NCBI GenBank assembly: GCA_965262915.1
Contig: OZ253564.1
Span: 800,001-864,000 of the forward strand
Direction of reading: 5' to 3'
Origin: Candidatus Spongiisociaceae bacterium
Lineage (GTDB): Bacteria; Actinomycetota; Acidimicrobiia; Spongiisociales; Spongiisociaceae
Length of the DNA: 64,000 bases
Positions 57,021 through 64,000 of the stretch are shown piece after piece. The translations under genes and the position numbers were made by a program. How positions within the stretch are numbered: the first letter of the stretch is position 1; each line of letters opens with the position of its first letter. The notes under the pieces are model-generated. The model was not told where the DNA came from. It was given only the letters and a program-made list of their open reading frames with translations, and did not search any database.

Positions 57021-58190
57021 TCAGTCGAGCAACGTGAGGCGAGGAGAGGCAGCCGGGACATCTACCTCCCCGAAGCCGACCTCGGCCCGGACCATGTTGA
57101 CGCCCCGGACGAGGGAAACCATCTTGTAGAAGGCGTGCATGCGGCTCATTCCCTGGCGCCCGAACCCGCAGTCGGTGGAGAGGATCAGCCGCTCGGGGGC
57201 GATGTACTCCAGGGCTTTGCGGACCAGGTTCGCCACGTCCTCCGGGGGTTCGATCTGGAGGGTGCGATGGCTCACCACCCCCAAGGCGATCTTCTTTTCC
57301 GATCCGATACCTTCGGCGATCATCGGTATCTCCTTGCCGGATGTCTCCTTCGCCTCGAAGGTCAGCACGTCCGCGTCCAGCTGATCGAAGTACGGCAGGG
57401 CGGCCTCGTAGGAGAATTTCTTCGACCGGGTGCGCTGAGCGCCCGGACTTCCCCAGCAGGTGTGGCACCAGACCTCGGTCTTGTCTCGCAGGCCTGCCAC
57501 CTCGCGGTTGAAGGCCTCCACGTAGAAGGCGGCATCGAGCATGGCGCCCGTCTCCGTTCCGGCGATGCCGTGGATGGCGGGTTCCTCCACCTGGATCACC
57601 GGGCAGCCCACATCGGCGAGACGGTGGTACTCCTCGTTCATGATCCCGGACAGCTCCATGACCAACCGGCGCCTGTCCCGGTAGAAGTCGTTGTTGATGG
57701 ACGCTTCGAGGAGCTGGGCCGAGATGGCGCCGAACTTCACGGGCTTGGCCGTGGACGCCTGGGCGGTCAGCCAGATGCGGTCGTATTCCAGCGGGCCGGG
57801 GCCGATCTGTCCGGTAACCGCCCTGGGCATCCTCGTCTCCATGACCTCGTGCATGAACTCCCCGGGCTGCTTGCCCTGGTGGATGGGGTAGCTGCGCAGT
57901 TCCGGAGCTCCGAGACCCGCCAGCCGCTCCTCCGGGTAAGCGATCCACTGCCGCCCTGCCACGTCGTCGTCGAAGCGGGCGTCGCCGTCAACCAGGATGT
58001 CGATGCCGGCCCGGTTCTGGTCGGCGATGAGCGCGGCCACCAGATCCCGGTACTGCTCGCGGAAGCTCCGCCCTGCCATGGCCGTCGAGAACGGCCTCCC
58101 GGCCAGTGACTCGGTATACCAGCCGGGTCGCGGCAGACCCCCGGTCGTGGTGGTTACGAGCGGCCGGTTCTTGGTTGCACCGAGCACCAT
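57021..58190 (-). CDS. Cobalamin-independent methionine synthase II family (single-barrel MetE-like)
   Basis: GGLPRP, GIDILVDG, IQVEEP, zinc ligands CHTCWG and STDCGFG. Confidence 0.85.
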   Translation of the reverse strand: MVLGATKNRPLVTTTTGGLPRPGWYTESLAGRPFSTAMAGRSFREQYRDLVAALIADQNRAGIDILVDGDARFDDDVAGRQWIAYPEERLAGLGAPELRSYPIHQGKQPGEFMHEVMETRMPRAVTGQIGPGPLEYDRIWLTAQASTAKPVKFGAISAQLLEASINNDFYRDRRRLVMELSGIMNEEYHRLADVGCPVIQVEEPAIHGIAGTETGAMLDAAFYVEAFNREVAGLRDKTEVWCHTCWGSPGAQRTRSKKFSYEAALPYFDQLDADVLTFEAKETSGKEIPMIAEGIGSEKKIALGVVSHRTLQIEPPEDVANLVRKALEYIAPERLILSTDCGFGRQGMSRMHAFYKMVSLVRGVNMVRAEVGFGEVDVPAASPRLTLLD

Positions 58191-58557
58191 GGGACCCCCT
58201 TTCGCCGGTGCCGTGTTACCCCTCCAGGCTACCGATACGTAAACGCATGACGACGGGAGATCGTGAGCTACTTGCAGGCGTGGCGTTCAGCCGTGAAGGA
58301 GTTTCACACCACCCTCCTCGGTGACCGTACCGTCTCGCTCACGCCGACGCCCGCGACGCCCGCCGGTCGGGGTGGTCACTGGCCCGGTCCTTGGTTGCTC
58401 CGAACACCAGGGGGCTCTCATTCGCCGGCGCGGCGTCCTCCCGGCTAACGGACCACCCACCACTGACCACCGCCCCACCATTGACGGTATGGGTAGCCGT
58501 GGGTAACGTGCTGGAGCGGTCATCTACTCGCCGTGACCGTTTCTGGGGAGGTACGAC

Positions 58558-60813
58558 ATGCAGATCGTTGGTTACGCCGACAAGCTACGCGCCCAGCCTG
58601 GGGAGTCCATGAGCTTCATGGTGAGTTGCCGGTCGTCGAGTTACAGGGCCCAGTTGGTTCGCGTAAGGCACGGCGACGACAACCCCCGAGGCCCGGGGTC
58701 CAAGATCGACGACCTCGACTCGGCTGCCAACGGTGAGTACCCGGGGCGTGTCCAGAAGATCCATCCCGGTTCTTTCGTCGCGGTCCCCGACGATCCCCGT
58801 CTCCGATTGGGTGGCAGCTTCACCATCCAGGCGTGGATCTACCCGACCACCATCGAGAAAGGTCGGCAAGGGGTGGTCACCAAGTGGGACTGCGACACCG
58901 GCTCCGGTTATGGCCTGTTCGTAGACGAGCAGGGTGCGCTATCCCTACGTGTTGGCGATGGCGACACCGTCGACGAGGTCAGCACCGGAGTGGCCATGCA
59001 GGGTTCCAAGTGGTACTTCGCCGCCGGTGTCTACGACGCCGGCAGTGCTTCCCTCCGTGTCTACCAGACTCCGTTGGACCACTGGCCCCTCCAGGACACC
59101 GCGGCGGAGGCAGAAGGATCGGCGGTCGGTGGTCCCGGCCGGACCGGGGCCGGACTGGTGATCGGTGGCTGTAGCCGGGGTGAGGACACCGGGTTGGGCA
59201 CGGTCTGTGGGCTCTACAACGGCAAGATCGACAACCCGACCCTCCTCGGACGGGCGTTGGGACCGGAAGAGATCGTGGCGCTGCGAGAGGACCGGTCCTC
59301 CGTGGCCGGGGATCAGGCCTTGATCGCCGCGTGGGACTTCGGTCGTGATTTCTCCACCTCCACCGTCACCGACAGTTCCCCCAACGGCCTGCACGGTGAG
59401 GCGCTCAACATGGCTGTGCGGGCTGTCACCGGTCACAACTGGAACGGTAGGGCGATGGACTTCAAGCACGCCCCCGACCAGTACGCTGCCATCCGCTTCA
59501 ACGACGACGACCTCGACGACGCCCGCTGGGATGTCGACTTCGAATACACGGTGCCCGAAGACCTGGCGAGCGCCATGTACGCCTTCCGCCTGACCACCGA
59601 GGACGCTGAGGACTACATCCCGTTCGCGGTACGGCCCAAGAATGGAGAACCGACCGCGAAGATCGCCTTTCTTCTCGGGACCTACACGTTCCTGGCCTAC
59701 GCCAACGAGCATCTGGCCAACAATCCGGTCCTCATCGAGTACCTGGAGGGCAAGGGGATGGAGGTCGAGTTCCCGCTCCTCCCGCACGAGCACTACATGG
59801 TCGACAACAAGCTGGGCGGCCTCTACGACCTGCACACCGACGGGAGCGGGATCTGTTTCTCCACGAGCCGCAGGCCCATCGTCAACTTCCGTCCCAACAA
59901 CAAGCAGCGAACGGTCGGCGCCGGGCTGGGTGCGCCGGTCCTGCTGTCCGCCGATCTGCACCAGATGGACTGGATGGAGAGCCAGGGATTCGAGTTCGAC
60001 GTGATCACCGACGAGGACATCCACTTCGACGGGCTCGACCTGCTGTCCGGATACAACGTCGTGATGTCGGATGCCCATCCCGAGTACTGGACCGAGGACA
60101 TGCTCATCGCGCTGGAGGCCTACCTCAACGCGGGGGGCCGCTTCATGTACATGGGGGGCAACGGGCTCTACTGGATAACCTCGGTCGACCCCGAGCGCCC
60201 GCATGTCATCGAGGTGCGCCGCTGGAACGGCACCGGTTCGTGGCGGACCGACTTTGCGGAGAGCCATCACAGCACCACCGGGGAGCCGGGCGGCCTGTGG
60301 AGGTTCCGGGGCTGGGCGCCTCAGCGATTGGTGGGAATCGGCATGACCGCCCAGGGGGGAACCGGAGTCAACTCGGCCTACTGCCGCCTCCCCGCCAGCT
60401 TCGATCCGAGGGCCGCGTTCATCTTCGAGGGGATCGGCGACGACGAGAAGATCGGTGGTTTCGACACGCTGAACCTGGGCTGGGGGGTGGCCGGTTACGA
60501 GTTCGACCGGGCCGACCCCGCTCTGGGTACGCCCGCGCACGCCTTGGTCGTAGCCGCGGCAACCGACTTCGACGACAGCTTCCATCATGTGGTCGAAGAG
60601 GTGATGCATATGAACTCCGACCAGACCGGCACCACCAACGATCTGGTCCGGGCGGACATGGTGTTCTTCGAGTATCCGAACGACGGAGCGGTGTTCTCCA
60701 CGGGCTCGATCGCCTGGAGCGCCGGTCTCTCCTACAACAATTACGACAACAACGTCTCGCGCGTCACTGCCAACGTGCTGCGGAGGTTCGCCTCAGACGG
60801 CCCCCTTCTCTGA
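58558..60813 (+). CDS. N,N-dimethylformamidase beta (large) subunit family protein with LamG-like insert
   Basis: FLAYANE, LYD.HTDGSG, LSADLH, HPEYWT, YMGGNGLYW, AGYEFDR, RADM, AVFSTGSIAW, NNVSRVTANVL. Confidence 0.85.
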   Translation: MQIVGYADKLRAQPGESMSFMVSCRSSSYRAQLVRVRHGDDNPRGPGSKIDDLDSAANGEYPGRVQKIHPGSFVAVPDDPRLRLGGSFTIQAWIYPTTIEKGRQGVVTKWDCDTGSGYGLFVDEQGALSLRVGDGDTVDEVSTGVAMQGSKWYFAAGVYDAGSASLRVYQTPLDHWPLQDTAAEAEGSAVGGPGRTGAGLVIGGCSRGEDTGLGTVCGLYNGKIDNPTLLGRALGPEEIVALREDRSSVAGDQALIAAWDFGRDFSTSTVTDSSPNGLHGEALNMAVRAVTGHNWNGRAMDFKHAPDQYAAIRFNDDDLDDARWDVDFEYTVPEDLASAMYAFRLTTEDAEDYIPFAVRPKNGEPTAKIAFLLGTYTFLAYANEHLANNPVLIEYLEGKGMEVEFPLLPHEHYMVDNKLGGLYDLHTDGSGICFSTSRRPIVNFRPNNKQRTVGAGLGAPVLLSADLHQMDWMESQGFEFDVITDEDIHFDGLDLLSGYNVVMSDAHPEYWTEDMLIALEAYLNAGGRFMYMGGNGLYWITSVDPERPHVIEVRRWNGTGSWRTDFAESHHSTTGEPGGLWRFRGWAPQRLVGIGMTAQGGTGVNSAYCRLPASFDPRAAFIFEGIGDDEKIGGFDTLNLGWGVAGYEFDRADPALGTPAHALVVAAATDFDDSFHHVVEEVMHMNSDQTGTTNDLVRADMVFFEYPNDGAVFSTGSIAWSAGLSYNNYDNNVSRVTANVLRRFASDGPLL

Positions 60814-60886
60814 CCAGCGCCACCCTGTGGTGGGCACTGGGCCGATTGGCTCGTGATCTCATCGGTCATGGTGATGCCACGCCGGA

Positions 60887-61492
60887 TTAGCCCCGGGTGT
60901 AATCGCGCCGGTCCTGTATGCACATGTAGTCGCGGACATCGAGCCAGTGGCACCAGAGACTGCGAGCATCGATAGCCAGGCGACTCGAGGGGCGATGCGC
61001 ACTTGACCAAGCGCCAACTTCCACCCGGGCTGCTTCCAGATCCACAACGGCCTCGAGCGCCGGCGTGAGGTCGGTATCTGCCGAAATCAGGATCCCCACT
61101 TCGTAGTCTTGTCGAACAGCCATGAGCACGAAGTCGACCGCGAGTGCAACGTCGACACCTTTTTCCTTGGGCTTCTTTTTCGGCCAGCCGGCCGGATATC
61201 GTAGGGGTCGAGCAACAACCTCGATCGCTTCTGACTTTGACCAAGCGGCAATATGCCGCAGGCATGCCCCGTGGCCCTTGGGGTCCTTAGTCGAGTCTGG
61301 AATCCCTCTATACATGCGGACGCCGACGAGCTTTCGGTCGAATGGACTGCGCCGGACTATCAACTGACCTAGCGCGAGCGGATCAATCTGCCCCTCCCAG
61401 TGCGGAATCGCCCACGGGGATGGATGGAACGCCTGCCGGGCGGACATGTAGACGTTCTGGTAGTCGACGAAAACTACAACCCGATCAACCAT
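60887..61492 (-). CDS. NYN (LabA/DUF88, PIN-like) domain ribonuclease
   Basis: VFVDYQNV, EKGVDVALAVD, ISADTDLTPALE. Confidence 0.88.
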   Translation of the reverse strand: MVDRVVVFVDYQNVYMSARQAFHPSPWAIPHWEGQIDPLALGQLIVRRSPFDRKLVGVRMYRGIPDSTKDPKGHGACLRHIAAWSKSEAIEVVARPLRYPAGWPKKKPKEKGVDVALAVDFVLMAVRQDYEVGILISADTDLTPALEAVVDLEAARVEVGAWSSAHRPSSRLAIDARSLWCHWLDVRDYMCIQDRRDYTRG

Positions 61493-61536
61493 TGGCAGTC
61501 TCCGGTAGCCGCCGGTGTTCGTTGGCTCATAGATAA

Positions 61537-61615
61537 TCCCCGCCAGTCCGGGTCTGGCGACCGGGACGGCGGGGAGCATTGAGGTCAAACTACCAGTCCC
61601 CTTCCTACATGCCAA
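61537..61615 (-). promoter_or_regulatory. sigma70-type promoter (TTGGCA-N17-TAGTTT) followed by a strong 5' hairpin in the NYN leader
   Basis: -35 at 61610-61615, -10 at 61587-61592. Hairpin TCCCCGCC GTCC c GGTC gcca GACC c GGAC t GGCGGGGA at 61537-61575. Confidence 0.6.
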
Positions 61616-61729
61616 CTCAAATATCCGGGTTACGCACGTCAGGAGACACCATCGCCCAGGAGGGCAGCCATGGGCCAGGGGCCGGGCCGGATCGGGTAGC
61701 AGCGGCGGGGCTCCGGGTATCGGTGTAGT

Positions 61730-63760
61730 GTGCCCGTCATGACTGATTGGCTCGAAGAAAGACCCGGCCCGGCCCGAACCAGGCCCAATGTCCGTATCCC
61801 CATGCGCGATGGCGTCGAGTTGTCAGCCGACCTGTTCTACCCCGAGTCGGACGATCCCGCTCCGGTGATCATCAAGTACTACCCGTACCGCAAGGACGAC
61901 ATGCTGCGGGCTCTGACCGTGTACCGCGCCAACTACTTTGCCGCCCACGGTTACATAACCGCCCTGCTCGACGTGCGCGGTACAGGCTCCTCAGCGGGCG
62001 TGTGCGACCGGATGCTGCGCCTGCAGGAGTGGGAGGACGGCTACGACGCGGTGGAGTGGCTGGCCGCCCAGCCGCGGTGCACCGGCTCGGTGGCGATGAC
62101 CGGGGTCTCGTACGGCGGTTTCTCGGCCCTGCTCACCGCCGCCCAGGCACCACCCAGCCTCAAGGCCATCGCTCCGATCTACGCCGGCTGGGACTGCTAC
62201 GAGAACAGCCACCAGGGCGGGATGTGGCAGACCTCCATCTGGACGGGGGCCTACAACGCCATGATGATCGCCTTGTCCGGAGCACCCCCGGCCGCCGATC
62301 CGGAGGGTGCCTGGATGGAGATCTGGGAGGAGCACCTCGCGAACAACAAGCCCTGGCTCGACACCTGGCTGCACAACCAGGTGGACGGACCCGTGTGGCA
62401 CGAGGGCTCGGTGCGCTACGGGCTGGAGAACATCCAGGCTGCCACGTTCGTCATCGGCGGCTGGCACGACATCTTCGTCTCCGACCCGTTCTACATGTAC
62501 ATGAACCTGAATCGGGACGTGCCCAAGAAGCTGATGATGGGCCCCTACCTGCACATAGCTCCCGATATCGGAGCCCCCGGGGAGCGTGTCGACCATCTGC
62601 ACGAGATCGTGCGGTGGTTCGACCAGTACCTGAAGGACGAGGACACCGGCATCGCTGAGGAGCCGCCCATCAACATGTGGGTGCGCTCCTACGACCGCCC
62701 CCAGGCGCGGAGGGAAGGGTCCAACGGCTACTGGCGCTCCGAGGCGGAGTGGCCGCTCGCGCGGGCGACGGACGACACGCTCTTCCTGCATCCCGGCGGG
62801 CGACTGCGTGACGAGGCCCTGGCGAGCGGCGAAGGTGGAAGTGTCTCCTATGCCTACGACCCGGCGGTCGGTGTCTCGACGATGGGCTTGATAACCGGAT
62901 TCGGCGCCGACGTCGGCCTGCCCCTCGATCAGCGTCGGGACGCCGCGGGCTCGGAGGTGTTCATCGGCGAGCCGCTCGAAGCGGATGTCGAGGTGACCGG
63001 CTTCCCCGAAGCGACCCTCTACGTGTCGTCGACGGCCGAGGTCACCGCCTTCTCGGTCAAGTTGATCGACGTCCATCCCGACGGTCCGTGGGCCTTGGTG
63101 TCCAGGATCATCCAGAACGCCGCCCAGCGGAACTCACGGACCGATCCTGAACCCCTCGTGCCGGGCGAGGTAACCGAGCTCACGATCGAGTTGGAGGCCG
63201 CCTCCTATTTGTTCAAGGCCGGCCATCGGATGGGGATCATGATCTCGAGCTCGGAATTCCCGCTGCTATGGCCATTGCCGCAGGACGCCACCAACACCAT
63301 TCACATGGACGTGGCTCACCCCTCTCGGGTGAGCATCCCGGTCATACGCCGGTCCGACTCCGGCCTGGCGCCGCCCGACTACCAGCCGGCTCACCCGGTC
63401 GATCTACCGGGGTCCGCAGAGCCATTGCGCTGGGACCTGGTGGAGGACCTCGCCGGTACCGAGGTCAGTGTGGTGGTCTCGATGGGCGGGGACGCCACCA
63501 ACGACAATGGTGCTCGGGTCTACAGCCATGTGGACTTCAGAGTGACCACCGACCGGGCCAACCCGGCCAACTCGAGAGTCGAAGCCGGTTACCGCTTCGA
63601 CGTGAACCACGGCGCCTCCACGACCGAGGTGAAGAGCACCGGCCGCGTCGAGGGGAGTGCTGACGCCTTCCACGCCGTCACTGCACTGGAGGTCCGCACC
63701 GACGGGATGCCCTGTTTCTCCCGGACCTGGCACGGTTCGGTCCCGAGAGGATTCCTGTGA
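61730..63760 (+). CDS. CocE/NonD family serine hydrolase
   Basis: IPMRDGVEL, YPYRKD, DVRGTGSS, GVSYGG, GGWHD, MGPYLH. Confidence 0.9.
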   Translation: MPVMTDWLEERPGPARTRPNVRIPMRDGVELSADLFYPESDDPAPVIIKYYPYRKDDMLRALTVYRANYFAAHGYITALLDVRGTGSSAGVCDRMLRLQEWEDGYDAVEWLAAQPRCTGSVAMTGVSYGGFSALLTAAQAPPSLKAIAPIYAGWDCYENSHQGGMWQTSIWTGAYNAMMIALSGAPPAADPEGAWMEIWEEHLANNKPWLDTWLHNQVDGPVWHEGSVRYGLENIQAATFVIGGWHDIFVSDPFYMYMNLNRDVPKKLMMGPYLHIAPDIGAPGERVDHLHEIVRWFDQYLKDEDTGIAEEPPINMWVRSYDRPQARREGSNGYWRSEAEWPLARATDDTLFLHPGGRLRDEALASGEGGSVSYAYDPAVGVSTMGLITGFGADVGLPLDQRRDAAGSEVFIGEPLEADVEVTGFPEATLYVSSTAEVTAFSVKLIDVHPDGPWALVSRIIQNAAQRNSRTDPEPLVPGEVTELTIELEAASYLFKAGHRMGIMISSSEFPLLWPLPQDATNTIHMDVAHPSRVSIPVIRRSDSGLAPPDYQPAHPVDLPGSAEPLRWDLVEDLAGTEVSVVVSMGGDATNDNGARVYSHVDFRVTTDRANPANSRVEAGYRFDVNHGASTTEVKSTGRVEGSADAFHAVTALEVRTDGMPCFSRTWHGSVPRGFL

Positions 63761-64000
63761 GCCACGACAAGGCCTACGAATCGGCGATCGGGCATGACCG
63801 CTCCCATGTGATCCACCCGTTCAGCCAGCTGGCCACCACCGAGGTGACCCCCGACGACATGTACGTGGGAGGCGCCGGGTGCTACCTGCAGGACGCCCAC
63901 GGCAACCGGCTCTTCGACGCCAACGCCGGCCTCTGGTGCGTCAACATCGGTTACGGCCGGGAGGAGATGGTGGAAGCCATCCGGGACCAGGCAGCCCGGA
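63757..64000 (+). CDS. Class III aminotransferase, 5' part (truncated by window end)
   Basis: GTGA overlap with CocE stop; VIHPFS...DAHGNRLFDANAGLWCVNIGYGREEM. Confidence 0.85.
   Translation, partial: MSHDKAYESAIGHDRSHVIHPFSQLATTEVTPDDMYVGGAGCYLQDAHGNRLFDANAGLWCVNIGYGREEMVEAIRDQAAR

Noticed and set aside
58191-58557. SAM or cobalamin riboswitch upstream of the MetE-like gene, or a DMFase alpha subunit in ORF 58263..58448
   Set aside because: No recognisable riboswitch core motifs or alpha-subunit similarity by eye; an Rfam/HMM search would be needed to exclude these fully
13420-61615. Integron-style cassette array explaining the interleaved TA genes
   Set aside because: No integrase, no consistent attC (RYYYAAC...GTTRRRY) sites, and genes lie in mixed orientations

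Overview
High-GC actinobacterial DNA. LVAAACG lipoproteins with Thr/Ala-rich linkers and TANNNT leaderless promoters suggest Acidimicrobiia, possibly host-associated (inference). The window is a catabolic region: six phosphotriesterase-family amidohydrolases (five PTER-like, including a tandem duplicate), three CocE/NonD hydrolases, acetamidase, a dimethylformamidase beta subunit, PLP enzymes, SDRs, a P450, AceE-like and DeoC-like enzymes, and two complete peptide/nickel-type ABC importers. Toxin/defence-type modules sit singly between these genes: an IS-disrupted HipA-like kinase, an ABC-ATPase plus TOPRIM-like pair, Fic, VapBC, RelBE, Schlafen/AlbA, NYN and a DUF6338-like gene. Main non-standard signals: (1) a family of 7-nt tandem arrays starting right after stop codons, always G-rich on the coding strand; (2) an NYN nuclease with a promoter-proximal hairpin leader; (3) a 5'-nucleotidase-LysM-M16 protease fusion; (4) a leaderless 59-aa Pro-rich ORF ahead of the DUF6338-like gene; (5) several palindromic or MITE-like intergenic elements and decayed gene copies. 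No rRNA, tRNA or CRISPR array was seen. All family calls come from motif recognition by eye, not database searches.
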